From Chlorokybus atmophyticus (lineage: Eukaryota > Plantae > Mesostigma and Chlorokybus algae): a stretch of DNA of 64,000 nt. Under the pieces are notes generated by a model. It saw only the letters and a list, made by a program, of their open reading frames with translations, searched no databases and was not told the DNA's origin. This document shows positions 11,072 to 23,481 of this stretch, piece after piece. The stretch lies in contig RHPI01003244.1 of assembly GCA_009103225.1 (NCBI GenBank), positions 1-64,000 of the forward strand, given 5' to 3'. How positions within the stretch are numbered: position 1 is the first letter of the stretch; the number at the start of each line of letters is the position of its first letter. Position numbers and translations under genes: made by a program.

Positions 11072-11809
11072 TTCGTGCACATCACTAAACGCAAGTAGTT
11101 TTAAAACAATGAGTCATGCTCATCATGCGTGTAACGGTGCTCGTGCTTTGTCACCTGCGAGTTGGTCCAATCAATAACCCTCTCACCAAGACACGGTATT
11201 CACACCGGGACCTTGCCCCCTCTGCCAAGCACACACGCGCACCCCGCCACTCGCGTACGCACGCGTATGCGCACGAAGCTACACACCAACTTGTGTAGCG
11301 CCTTGGATCGTCACACAAGCATGCACACACCAGTGGACACGCGCTAGCTACCCTTGATAATCATCACTAAGCTTGCACACCAAAAACTAGGGAGCTAAAG
11401 GTTGTATTGCAAATTGTAGAATGTCACCTTTATACCTACCAGTCTGCACATGCTACTGTCTAGACGATTCTAGCGCTAGACGGAACTGGAAGCTAGGATA
11501 TCCTTGCAGAATCTTGTAGTAAACTTTTAGACCTTTCCAACGCACCAAAGATCTCCTCATTTGCTGCTCATATGGTCAAGTTATACTACTTGGCGCCAGG
11601 CCCTTCCAGAAATCTGGTTGAGCCCTTCTCGACTGGCCCTCCGTTTTCTGGCGTCTTCCAGACTCGCAACTCGCCGATATCCGCCACAAGTCGTGAAACT
11701 CATGATACCTCACAAATAAGGCCTAAAATGGCCATGAAAATCACGAGATTTGACCTTGATTGTTACACTCCTCCCCCCCTAGGTGAGCTTCGTCCTCGAA
11801 GCTCGCGAG

Positions 11810-14800
11810 GTTGTCGTCGAGAAAGATAGTCACGCACAATGTTTCGAGCATTAGCCAAGTGTGCCTCTGACTCCCAGGTTGCTTAATGCAATGGATAGCC
11901 TTTCCATTGCACTAAGAACGTGCGCACGCCATGCATAAACTTCTCACCAAGGATGTCTTCTACCTCCCACTCTGGTTCACCATCCTTGCCAACTTTGGGG
12001 GGCGCCTTTCTGGCGGTTGTCCTCGATATGCTTTCAGAAGGGAGACGTGAAAAACGGGGTGCACACGCATGGTGTCGAGTAGCTCCAGCTTGTACGCCAC
12101 GTCCGAAATAACATTGTTGACCGTAAATGGTCCCAACCAGCGTTTATTCAGCTTGCGAACTCCCGTACGCACTTGTACACTGCTTCGCGGAGAGTAACAC
12201 AATGTCGCCTTCTTGAATTGTGAGGTGTCGGCGATGCGCGTCCGCGAACTGCTTCTGCCTGTTTTGTGCCACCAATAGCGCCTCCCTAGCTGCATTATGA
12301 ATGTCCGCGCACTTTTTGAGGAAGTCATTAGCTGCCTCCACACGCACGTCATGTCGTCGCGGTGTCCTTGCCGTTAACGGTGTCAATGGATGTTGTCCGT
12401 AGTTCATAAGGAAGGGAGTGACACCTGTGCTTGCATTGTGGTAATTGTTGATCGCAAACTCCACCAACTTAAGCAGCTCTGCCCAATTGTCTTGTGGCGC
12501 GTTAACGTAGCAACGCAGCATGTCCTCAACGACACGGTTGGCCCGCTCTGTTTGCCCATCAGTTTGCGGATGGAATGCCGTGCTAAACTTCATTGTGGTA
12601 CCCAGTGCACTATGCAGCGCCTCTCAAAACTTACTTGTAAAGCGGGTCGCGATCACTCACAATGCTTCATGGTAATCCATGAGAACGAAACACATGCTTC
12701 ACGAACAAGCGTGCGGCCTCCAGTGCCGTGCAAGACTCGCCACACGGTGCCAAGCATACCATTTTGCTGGTTTTGTCGACGAACACAAGTATATCGTCGT
12801 ACCCTTCTTTTATCTTTTGTAGCCCCGTGATAAAGTCCATAGTAACTTGCTCCCACTTGGACAATGGCACAGGGAGAGGTTGCAGCAACCCACCTGGCTA
12901 TTGGTTGCTTGCCTTCACCCTTTGGCATGCGTCACACAACGCCACGTAGATGCGCACATCGCGATGCATCTCTCGCTAGTAAAAACGCTGCTTCAAGCTT
13001 GCGAAAGTCCTCTCCAACCCTTGGTGACCAGCAATGGGCACGTCATGAGCGTCCTTCAGCAACTTCACACGGATATGCGCGACGTTGGGGATGTACAAGC
13101 GCCCGTGGTGCCATAGCAGCCCGTCGCGCATTGACCAATGCCCACTAGTGTCCGTAGCTGCATTTTCCAGCTCTTGCAACACTTTCATACCCTCCGTGTC
13201 TTCACTTGCCGAATCTGGTCGGTCCACTCGGGCTGCACTTGAGCGAGTGCCTCAATTGCATTAAGCCGGCTCAGCGCGTCAGCAACACCATTTGACGTAC
13301 CGGGCTTGTACTTGATATCGAAGTCAAAAAGTTGGAAGAATTCCAGCCATCGTGCTTGTCTGCGACGTAGATGAGGTTGTGTTTGTAAGTACCTAAGTGG
13401 AGAGTGTTCCGTCTCAAGCACGAACTTTTTGCCTTTTATAAACAACGCCATTGTCGTAGCGCCATTACTTGCGCTAAAAGTTCCTTCTAGTGCACGGGGT
13501 AATATAGCTCCGCACCACTCATCTTCTTGCCGAAGAATGCTATTGGTTGCAGGCCGTTGCTATCTTGTTGCAAAACAGCTCCTACGGCTGTGTCGGACGC
13601 GTCGCAAGCCAAAATGAATGTCTTTTCCATGTCGGGGTGAGCCAGGACTGGTGCCTCCGTCAGCGCCTTCTTCAACGCAGCAAATGCATGTTCCTCTGTT
13701 GCTGACCAGCTCCAAGGCTTTCCCTTCTTGAGTAGGGCAGTCAAGGGAGCAGCTATGCACGAAAACCCCATAATAAACTTGCAATAATACCCCGCAAGGC
13801 GTAAAAAGGACATCACCTCCTTTACGTTGGTCGGGGAAGCCCACTCGCGCACCACCTGCACTTTGTTGGGGTCCGACTTGATGCCTTCATGCGACACGAT
13901 ATGGCCTAGGTACTCCACCTCTCGAAGCAAGAATTTGCACTTTTGTAGCTGTGCGTACAGCTTGTGTTCGCACAAACGCTGCAACACGCACCGTAGAAGT
14001 GCCACGTGCTCCTTCTTTGTCTTTGCATACACCAAAATGTCGTCGAGGTACAAGAGGACTCCCTTACCAATCAAATCAGCGAAAACGCTGTTCATTAGCG
14101 TTTGAAATGTTGCCGGCGCGTTCGTAAATCCGAAAGACATGACCAACCACTCGTAGTGCCCATAACGTGTGTTAAAAGCTGTTTTCTCCACATCCTTGGG
14201 CGCGATGCGGATTTGGTGATAACCTCCAAGATCAAGTGTTGTGAAGTACTGCGCACCTTGCAATGGCTGCAGCAACTCGTCGATACGTGGGAGTGGAAAG
14301 CAAATCCTCTTCGTGATGTTGTTGAGAGCTCGGTAGTCGACGCACATGCGCAAGCTCCCGTTCTTCTTTAATACAAACAGAATAGGTGCACTATAAGGGG
14401 ACTTACTAGGCCTGATGTAGCCTCTTATCAGCAAGTCCGCCACCTGCCTCTCAGCCTCTTCAAGACCCAAAGATGACAACTTGTATACGGGCCGATACGG
14501 TGGCTTGTGCACCGTGCACGCGTGACGCCGTCAATCAGCTCCACACGGTGGTCTATGCTCCGTGGAGGTGGTAGACCAAATGGAAGTCCGTCCACCATGA
14601 TATCTTGGTATTCATTAACAAGTTAACACACCTCGGGGTCCATTGTAGCCGTCTTAACATCGTCACTCAGCTCCGGTGCTGACTTTGCAGTGTTTTCTCG
14701 CACCACGCACAACCATGCAGCCTTTGCCTTCCGTGGAGACAATAACTTCCTCAATTGCACATAAGAGATCTGGGCAATTGTCGTACCATCGGATTGTGCG

Positions 14801-15374
14801 TGCCGCGCCGCGATGACGTCCGATGAAGCTATGGCAAAATCTCTCTTGATTCTCATAAAGCGATCTTCCTCTTCAACAGGGCATGCGCGCATACCTTGAA
14901 TGGACTCTCCACCGTTTCGTTCGATGGTGAGCACGCACTTCCTCCAATTGATGGATGGATTATGTTGCCATAGCCACGGTAGTCCCAAAATCCCGTCAAA
15001 CCCGTACCGTAGGGTGATGCAGCAAATGGCATGTTTACCTTCATCTTGCCAATGCGAACGCACAACTCTTTGGTCATATAGGTAGCGCCATTACCTCTAG
15101 AGGGTGGCTCTCCATCAGCGAGCTTCACTTCACCTCCTCGTAATGACGAAAGCCAACCGTAACGCCGCGCAACATCAATACTCATAAAGTTGCTGTTGGC
15201 ACCGCTATCGATCATGAGCTCAGCTGTGTAAGGCTTATACTCTCTCCATCGTCCTTGGTCACCGCAAATGTGTGCGTGAAGCCCGAAGTACTTTGTTGTA
15301 CCCTCTTTTGCATAACTCACCACCGTTGGCGCGTTCATAGCCATCTCCTCTTGCTTCCTTGATGGAAATGTCAC
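11810..15374 (-). pseudogene. pol: pol of gypsy element 1 (multiple frameshifts and stops)
   Basis: Protease IDSGA, RT LRMCVDYRALN...LYLDDILVY, RNase H ACDASD and TEHSPL, integrase HDVPIAGH...TMDFIT...FHPQTDGQTER, GPF motif, and chromodomain remnant LVQWKGYP...TWE, spread over several frames. Confidence 0.92.
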
Positions 15375-15427
15375 AGCATCCGTCCGTGCATGAGGCTCTT
15401 TCCTATCCCCAGCAGGAGCCTCCTCAC

Positions 15428-16506
15428 CTACTGAGAGAAGTCGTTTTCCTGCTCCACGCCATTTTGCTCCATAGTGTTGACGCGACGATCACGGCGAGGG
15501 TTGCCATCCGGTGTTGGCTTTTGCGTGCTTTGTTTGGGGCATCCGTACGCCAAATGCTCAGTGGACCCACACGCATAACACTTGCGCACCTCTTTACCTC
15601 TTTCACCACGTCCGCCGTGCTTCGCCTCACTTCCACGCGTGTGTATGGCACCCATCCACATTGGTGCAGGCCCAGAGTCAGCTCCACCTCCATTGGCAAG
15701 CGCTAAACTTGGTTCTCCTCATCTCCATGCATGTTGAAAGCCTCCCCAGGGCTGATTACCATGCCTTTGCCTCCAGTCAGTGTTTCTTGTGGTGGACTGG
15801 ACGTACAACGCGTCGAGACGCTCCGCGATGCGTATAGCCTCCGCGAGTGTCTTCGGGTCCCGTAGCTCCACTTTTTACGCCCCAAAGGTTTTAAACCACA
15901 TGTATACCTGTCCAGCTGCTCCTCCTCGGTCATATTGGGTATGGACATCACCAATCGCGGAAACGCAGCCGTGTACGCCATCACCGACCCCATTTGCACA
16001 AGGGCTGCAAGTTTGTCGCGTGCGGCCTTTACGCTCTCAACGGGAACAAATTGATGCTTGACCTCCAATGCCAACTCTTCCATGGTGGTCAATGGTAAAG
16101 CCAACCCACTTGCAACACGCGTACAACGATGTCTCCACCATACAAGTGCTGCACCTTTAAGCAATGTCGCTGCAACCTCCACGTGCAGATGCGTGGGCAC
16201 CTCCGTGAGCTTCAACCAAGACGATACTTGGAAAATCCATTCATCTACTGCATCTCCATCACGTTGACCCTTAAATGGCTTGGGCTTTGGCACCTTCACA
16301 TGCACGCGCGAGCTTGATGCCATGGGAACTTGCACACGCGCCATCACACGCTCATACGCCTCGCGTTGTGCTTGTGCCGCCACTTGAGTGTGATGAAGCT
16401 CTTCCCTCAATGCTAAGATGGCAGCTTGAAGCTCTTCTATGCAAGCATCCTCCATCTCCACTAACACACTAAATTCCGCTTCCGAATGAAAAGTGTAAAC
16501 GCCCAC
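15428..16506 (-). pseudogene. gag: gag of gypsy element 1 (frameshifted)
   Basis: VKVPKPKPFKG...EWIFQV...KAARDKLAALVQ Retrotrans_gag pattern, and the zinc knuckle CYACGSTEHLAYGC in a different frame. Confidence 0.88.
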
Positions 16507-18253
16507 ACACTTTCTCTCTCACCTTTGTAATCCGTGCTCCGATACCAGGTGTGACGGTGCTCGTGCCTTGTCACCTGAAAGTTGGTCCAATCAACAGCCC
16601 TCTCACCAAGATACGGTATTCACAACGGAACCTTGCCCCGCTCGCGTATGCGCTCGAAGCTACACACCAACTTGTGTAGCGCCTTGGATCGTCACACAAG
16701 CAAGTACACACCAGTGGACACACGCTAGCAACCCCTGGTAACCACCACCAAGCTTGCACACCGAAAACTAGGGAGCTAAAGGTTGTATTGCAAATTGTAG
16801 AATGTCACTTTTATACCTACCAGTCTGCACATGCTACTGTCTAGACGATTCTAGCGCTAGACGAAACTAGAAGCTAAAACTACTCTTGCAGAATCTTGTA
16901 GTACACTTCTAGACCTTTCCAACGCACCAAAGATCTCCTCATTTGCTGCTCATATGGTCAGGTTATACTACTTGGCGCCAGGCCCTTCCAGAAATCTGGT
17001 CGAGCCCTTCTCGACTGGCCCTCCGTTTTCTGGCGTCTTCCAGACTGGCCCTGGACCGGTCGATATCTGCGGCGAGAGACTCGCAACTCGCCGATATCCG
17101 CCACATGTCATGAAAAACCTAATACCTCACAAATAAGGCCTAAAATGGCCATGAAGATCACGAGATTGACCTTGACTGTCACAGCGCGTATGTCCATGCA
17201 ATTCCTTACTGTACACGATGTACATCTAGTCGAATTGCAGGCAACGCTTGCGGCAGCGGTTGAAACAACTTGCTTGAATCATGACGTCCGTCGCCTGCAA
17301 TTGGTAAATTTGACGGTGATGCTTAATTTGAATGATGTTGTTGCACTGCGCGCCTTTACTCAGCCGTTGGATGTGCATTCAAAACTCGGAGGCTTGCTAA
17401 TAGCGCACTACACCTCCTAGCAAAGGATGCGCAATTAACGACTGAGTATCACCGTCAAACATTTTAATAGTCGACAGGCGTTAATACGAGCGTTCCTCGC
17501 TGTTGAGCAATACATCTCGCAACATTCTAAGACATTTGCTGTCACTATATAGCGAGTTCTCAAGTTGGCATACATTTGACAACCGCAAGCCGGTTTTTCA
17601 ATATTCTACCTGATGAGAGCCATTATAAGTTTCGTTTGATAGCTTTCAGCAATTATCATAAAGACGAGTGATTTCTGTTACTACAGTGATTCAGGTGCAA
17701 TTGCAACAATGGTGGTAAGTTTGGATTGATGTCCGACAACAATTGTATTAATGAATTGCTTCCTCTGTCATGTGATTATGATATATGCCGGGTGTCAGGA
17801 GAGAGGGTGTGCCCCTCCTCCCTTTAATCCCCTACCCCAACACCACCACCAGCCTCGCCGCCGCCGCCGCCACTGCCGGGGCAGTTGCCAGAGCAAAAGA
17901 TGCTCTGGCTATGGCGGCCGCTGCGTTAGTTGCGCCGCCATGCAGCTGATATCAACATGAGACTCATGTCTCATGTCGATATTAGTGTTATAGTTAAGTA
18001 ACACTACATTAGGGCCTTAACACTAGGTTAACGGCCCTAATAAGGCTTAATAGGCTGTATAATCCCGTTGGGACTCTTATTTAATCCTAAATAAGGGCGG
18101 GGAACCTCTATGGAGGTAGCACACCGTTACATTCCCCCCCACTTAGGTTTCAATGTCCTCATTGAAGGGTTAGCAAAGCCCCATCACGAGTCACAAAACG
18201 AAAGCAGTGAGAGAACCAGGGCCGAAGCGGTAAAGATGTCTGCCAGCACCCTT

Positions 18254-21200
18254 TTACCGTTCACGTGTGGACACAGTACTCCAGTACCCCCGAAGAACCT
18301 CTTGGCAGTTGGTAAGATTCCTTTCGGGCTCCCATGTATTGTGTTCAACACCATACCCTTTCCATTTCACCAAGTAGGACGGCGCGCGTCCGCGTCGAGG
18401 CTTACGGTGACTTAGGATTGCTTCCACCTCATACTCAAATGTATTGTCACCATCCACTGCGACTGGGGGTGGAGGAGGTTGAACCCGACCGTCTGATCGG
18501 TACGGTTTCAGTACACTCACATGAAACACATTGTGAATTCGTATCGACATTGGTAAATCCAAACGATACGCGTGAGTGCCGACCCGATCAATCACTTTGA
18601 AAGGGCCTATCCAGCGAGGGAAAAACTTGCGGGTACCCACTCCCTTGATGGATACGTTTTTGGTACTTAAAAGCACCGAACAGCCCACGTCGTAGGTGGC
18701 CTCTCTACGATGCGCATCAGCTTGGGCTTTTTGTCTGTCTTGCGCTGCGCGCAGACAGTCTTTTGCCAACGCTAACCTATCCTGCATGGCCGAAGCCATC
18801 TCGCGCGCTGCAGGTACGCGAGTCACGTCAGTAGCGGGCAACTTAATGTTCGCAGGACTTAGTGGATGCACTCCGTAATTCAAGAAGAACGGAGTCTCCT
18901 GCACACTCTCTTGCCATGCATTATTGATCGCAAATTCAGCCATTGGGAGATAAATATCCCAATCACTCTGATTCGGGCTCACATAATGCCGGATGGTTTC
19001 CTCAATCACTTGATTGGCGCGTTCTGTTTGACCATCCGTCTGTGGATGGTAAGCAGTGCTCATGTTCTGCTGAATGTGTAAGAAGCTGCATAGCGACTTC
19101 CAAAACTGAGCCACAAATCGCGGATCGCGATCTGACACGAAGTTGCGGGGCAAGCCATGCAACTTGAACACAGACGCGACAAAAACCATCGCCAACTCAC
19201 GGGAGCCTATCTCCGTGCGACAAGGGACAATGTGGACCATTTTTGTTAAACGATCCACGAAAACTGCAACCGCAGTGTGACCTAATGCTGTCTCTGGGAG
19301 CTCAGTAATTAAGTCCATACTCACACTTTCCCATTTGCCATCAGGAACAGGCAAAGGTCGCAGCAACCCAGCGGGTTTCTGACGTAACGGCTTGTCACGC
19401 TGACATTTGTCACAGGTGTCAACATAACGCTTTACGTCAACAGGCAACGATGGCCACCAGTACAGCTGTTGCGCTGCCTTGGTAGTCTTGCGATTTCCAA
19501 AGTGCCCAGCGTACGGTGGGTCGTGTACATCAGCTATGCATTGCATGCGTAGCCCAGCATGGTCAGGTATCACCAAGCTAGCACCCATATAATACAAGTT
19601 GTCTCGTGCTTCAAGCTGTTGTATATTCTCTTGCCGTGAGAACCATGGGTCTAAGGAATACCCATGCAAAACAGATTGCACAAATGCATCATTAGCGGGC
19701 AATGTAACTTGCGTCGCAAGCAATTGCGCACGCATAACTGCCAATAATGACGGACAGCGACTTAAAGGATCTGCCACATTAGTTCTGCCAGGCCGATATA
19801 CCCATTCAAAAGTAAATCGCGACAGAAACTCATTCCAGCGAGCTTGCCTACGTGACAAGGTCAGCTGCGTTGAGAAGTATACTAATGGGTTGTGATCAGT
19901 CACCACTGTGAACTGAACTCCCTCTAAGTAACATCGCCAAGTTTCGAGAGCATGTACGACACCAAGCAACTCTTGCTCAGTAGTAGTGTAGTTTACCTCC
20001 GCTGGGATAAACTTCCTACTTTCATAAGCACATGGTCTGCCGTCTTGCAGTAGTACTGCACCACACCCAAGGGTGGAAGCATCACTGACCACAGTGAAAT
20101 GTTTATCCCAATTTGGCAATGCCAATACTGGAGCTGAAGTTAATGCTAACTTCACTTGTTGCATAGCAGCTTCTTGGTCTGACGTCCAAGAAAATGGCGC
20201 GTCCTTTCGCAACAATTTAGTCAAGGGCATTACAACTGTAGAATAACCCATCATAAATTTGCGAAAATAATTTGCCAATCCCAAAAATGATCTCAGTTGA
20301 TGAATATTTTTGGGTTGAGGCCAATTCTTGACAACTTGCACCTTGCGAGGGTCAGGCTTTACACCCGCACCACTCACAACATGTCCCAAGAATGGTAACT
20401 CCGATTTGCAAAAGTCACATTTTGCAAGGCTGGCAAATAAATGATGCTTCCGCAACAAAGTAAACACCGCTTCTAAGTGTTGCTTATGTTCCTCTTTGGT
20501 TTTACTAAAGACAATAATGTCATCCAAGTAAACCATAACATACTTGCCAAGTATATTACCGAAAATTTTATTCATTTCCTTCTGAAACACAGCAGGCGCA
20601 TTCGTCAATCCAAAGGGTAGCACTTTGTATTGATAATGGCCCGAAGGTGTTCTGAAAGCTGTCTTATAGACATCAGCGGAATGAATTCGGATCTGATGAT
20701 ATCCACTTGTCAGGTCTAATGTACTGAAGTATGCATTACCTGATAGTTTATCAAACACGTCATCAATCCGTGGCAACGGGTATCGATTTTTCACCGTGAT
20801 TTTGTTTAAAGCACGATAGTCCACACACATGCGCAATTTTCCATTCTTTTTCATCACAAATAGGATGGGTGCGCCAAAGGGTGAAGAACTTGGTTCAATC
20901 AATCCTTTTTCCAATAACTCCTTGATTTGTGTTTCCATTTCCCCCCTTTCTCTAGGGCTTAGCCTATATATTGGCCGAAAAGGAGGATCACTATCAGGAA
21001 TTAATGGTATAGTGTGTCCGACACCTCGGTCAGGAGGCAAGCCCGGCAACTCATCTGAGAACACATCTTGATATTCCTCAATGAGGTCTGCCACACCTTC
21101 AGTACTACCCGGCGCAATGTCATCTGATGAAGACAAATGTACCAGAAAAGCCGGTGTGTTTTTGCGCAACGCACGTTTCACCTGTAGTGCCGTGAGTAAC

Positions 21201-22024
21201 GCAGGGTCGGGTTGCTTGAATTCCAAGCTATGCGACCCTTTCACAGACAATGTAATCCGCTTACCGCCTTTCTTTACTGTGCACAAGCGTGCACCCGTAT
21301 CCAATGTCATTGTGACATTATTTTGCCATTCTTGGCCTAGTACCACATCAACACCAGATATGTTGATTGCTACTACTATAAAGGCAAGATTGGCATAATA
21401 ATTACCAATTTTAACCTTCAATTTTACTTCTCCCGTCACTGGCAATGTACCCCCAGCACCGGCAGCCGAAAATGCTGAGGGTTTGCGCATGATTTTATTG
21501 CGCGCAACCCATTGCTCGTCCACGAAGTTGTGTGTCGCACCAGTGTCAATCAAAAACGAGCTATTCACACCTTGCATTGTGCCACTGAATGTCCACAACA
21601 AAGGTACCACTCGTCCTTGAAAGGTAGCCAAGAATCCGTGACTAATGCGGGGGTTGATTAATATTGCTGATAATCGAATTGTCCCAGTCTCGCGCTTGGT
21701 GAATTGTTTTAAAACAGTACCCCCTCGAGTATACTTCAACCATGGGCCATGATATTTTGGCACCATTGCTACCACACTCAGGGATCTGTGTTTACATTGC
21801 AATTCACTCAATGTGTGCAACACGTCGGTAAGCATGTTAAATTTCACATGTACCAGTACACAAGTATTTGCTTCCACTGTTGCAACATCAAACAGTGGTA
21901 ACTTGTGATGTGTTTGCCATGCATGCGTCATTACATGCATTTGAGACAGATTATCAAACCAGTTAACTGCTTGTATCTCAAGCAACTGACTATCAACCTT
22001 TGCTACATCAGCCACAGCGTAATC
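18254..22024 (-). CDS. pol: Pol polyprotein: extra N-terminal domain, protease, RT, RNase H, integrase, chromodomain
   Basis: Open frame of >1250 aa with LIDTGATHNF, LRMCVDYRALNK, VYLDD, VSDAS, TDHNPL, HDPPYAGH...CDKC, ISMDLIT/SDRD, WIGPF and YEVEAIL...YLVKWKGY...NTWEP. It has no ATG start of its own next to the gag stop and is in frame with gag. Confidence 0.96.
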   Translation of the reverse strand, partial: DYAVADVAKVDSQLLEIQAVNWFDNLSQMHVMTHAWQTHHKLPLFDVATVEANTCVLVHVKFNMLTDVLHTLSELQCKHRSLSVVAMVPKYHGPWLKYTRGGTVLKQFTKRETGTIRLSAILINPRISHGFLATFQGRVVPLLWTFSGTMQGVNSSFLIDTGATHNFVDEQWVARNKIMRKPSAFSAAGAGGTLPVTGEVKLKVKIGNYYANLAFIVVAINISGVDVVLGQEWQNNVTMTLDTGARLCTVKKGGKRITLSVKGSHSLEFKQPDPALLTALQVKRALRKNTPAFLVHLSSSDDIAPGSTEGVADLIEEYQDVFSDELPGLPPDRGVGHTIPLIPDSDPPFRPIYRLSPRERGEMETQIKELLEKGLIEPSSSPFGAPILFVMKKNGKLRMCVDYRALNKITVKNRYPLPRIDDVFDKLSGNAYFSTLDLTSGYHQIRIHSADVYKTAFRTPSGHYQYKVLPFGLTNAPAVFQKEMNKIFGNILGKYVMVYLDDIIVFSKTKEEHKQHLEAVFTLLRKHHLFASLAKCDFCKSELPFLGHVVSGAGVKPDPRKVQVVKNWPQPKNIHQLRSFLGLANYFRKFMMGYSTVVMPLTKLLRKDAPFSWTSDQEAAMQQVKLALTSAPVLALPNWDKHFTVVSDASTLGCGAVLLQDGRPCAYESRKFIPAEVNYTTTEQELLGVVHALETWRCYLEGVQFTVVTDHNPLVYFSTQLTLSRRQARWNEFLSRFTFEWVYRPGRTNVADPLSRCPSLLAVMRAQLLATQVTLPANDAFVQSVLHGYSLDPWFSRQENIQQLEARDNLYYMGASLVIPDHAGLRMQCIADVHDPPYAGHFGNRKTTKAAQQLYWWPSLPVDVKRYVDTCDKCQRDKPLRQKPAGLLRPLPVPDGKWESVSMDLITELPETALGHTAVAVFVDRLTKMVHIVPCRTEIGSRELAMVFVASVFKLHGLPRNFVSDRDPRFVAQFWKSLCSFLHIQQNMSTAYHPQTDGQTERANQVIEETIRHYVSPNQSDWDIYLPMAEFAINNAWQESVQETPFFLNYGVHPLSPANIKLPATDVTRVPAAREMASAMQDRLALAKDCLRAAQDRQKAQADAHRREATYDVGCSVLLSTKNVSIKGVGTRKFFPRWIGPFKVIDRVGTHAYRLDLPMSIRIHNVFHVSVLKPYRSDGRVQPPPPPVAVDGDNTFEYEVEAILSHRKPRRGRAPSYLVKWKGYGVEHNTWEPERNLTNCQEVLRGYWSTVSTRER

Positions 22025-23481
22025 CTATTCAACCTTCTTGGCTTTGCCCTTCGCCTTCGTAGGACAGGCCTTTGCAACGTGACCCGGCTGATGGCAGATG
22101 AAACAGGTGCGAGCTGCAGTAGGTGCATTACCAGCAGACGTACCACCAATTCGAGGAGCGAATGTCTTCGCTTTCTTCGCCACATGTACACTCGGCGGAG
22201 GATAGCGCTTTATTCCCCCCCCTTGCGGCTTGGCCATAGCTGTCACGTTCGACTTTTCCTGCACGACCGTGTCATCATTGTACAGGTAAACACTTAGCTT
22301 TTGCAGCTTGGCCAAGTCATCAGGAACCCAAGGCAGCCCCGTTGCAGTGTTGTACTGCAGCTGATCGCGAACACGCGCATCCAAGCCACGCTTGTACAAC
22401 TCGAACTGCTCAGCTTTGTTCATAGGCATCAGGCCGCTATTGGCACGACCAACTAATGCTTGAAACTCCTGCAGATACACTGATGCTGCTCGACCATTCT
22501 GTCGCAACTTGCTAAGTTTGTTACGAGCCTGAGTAGCCGGATCCATGCCACCATAGCGCTCCATCAGAAACTGAAACAGTGCTGGTACTGTCTTCACAGC
22601 GCCATGCTCTGTTTGTCGTGCCCACTCGGCGAGAGCATCAGATGGCATAAGCAACTCAGCAACGGCAACGTGCTCACCCACCGGGCGCTTTAGCGCTGTC
22701 AGGTAATGTTCGACAGTCACCACCCAATCATGGATACTTACACTACCGTTAGGCTTGAACTTTTCAGGTTTGTTCAATGCCGTAACCGGCAGCCCCACTG
22801 ATGCGCCAACTGATGAAGCAGCACCCGCTACTTGCTGACGCAGCGCCATCAACTCAGATTGCATCGCATCGAGGCGTGCCTCCAACTTCACTCGGCCAGC
22901 CAACTTATTTTCCAAGTTAGGTCCCAAGTACCAGAACACATCCTTGCAACGCTGCTGCGTTTCAACCATCAAGTTGGCTAAGGCCTCAAACGCCATCCGC
23001 TTCCCTTCGTATGGGAGCGGCCTATCGTAGACGGCCATCAGAGCAGCCACTTTTGGATCACCACGCACGAGTGGCGGAACATTGTTCGTCAACTCGTGCT
23101 CAATCATGCGGATCACCATCTCCTTACTAGTGCGAGGGAGAGTGGCAAAATCTGTTTCATAGCCATTACGAACCTTCTGCGCCCATGCATCCCACACTTC
23201 TTGACGAAGCTGCGGGTGGGCGTCAAGTAAAGTCTTGCGCTCGCGCGCATACTTTTCAATGGCTCCGCCAATGACACTCGGTGTGTCCATTACAGCTGGC
23301 TCACTGTGGGTAGACAGGTCGGGGGAAGCTTCGCTATCTTGCTTAGCCTCTTCTTCCTTGTCACTGTCAGTGAGCTTATAGCTCTCACTCGTGTCCGAGT
23401 CCCTCACTTTGTCATCACTGGATGGCTCATATGAGGATGATGAATCAGGGACGGTGAAGTACTTTTCACCTCCCTCTCCTT
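22025..23481 (-). CDS. gag: Gag of gypsy element 2 (5' end lost in the N gap 23482-24024)
   Basis: LNKPEKFKP...HDWVVTVEHYL, ARNKLSKLRQ and the zinc knuckle CFICHQPGHVAKAC; ends in TAG at 22027-22025. Confidence 0.93.

Larger units (their letters stand above)
11130..17183 (-). mobile_element. Ty3/gypsy chromovirus-type LTR retrotransposon 1, decayed
   Basis: LTRs at 11130-11767 and 16550-17183 (TG...CA, clearly diverged). PBS TGGTATCGGAGC at 16547-16536 and PPT at 11768-11780. Flanks ATGCG/GCGCG are compatible with a CpG-decayed TSD. Gag-PR-RT-RH-INT-chromodomain fragments are in order. Confidence 0.93.
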
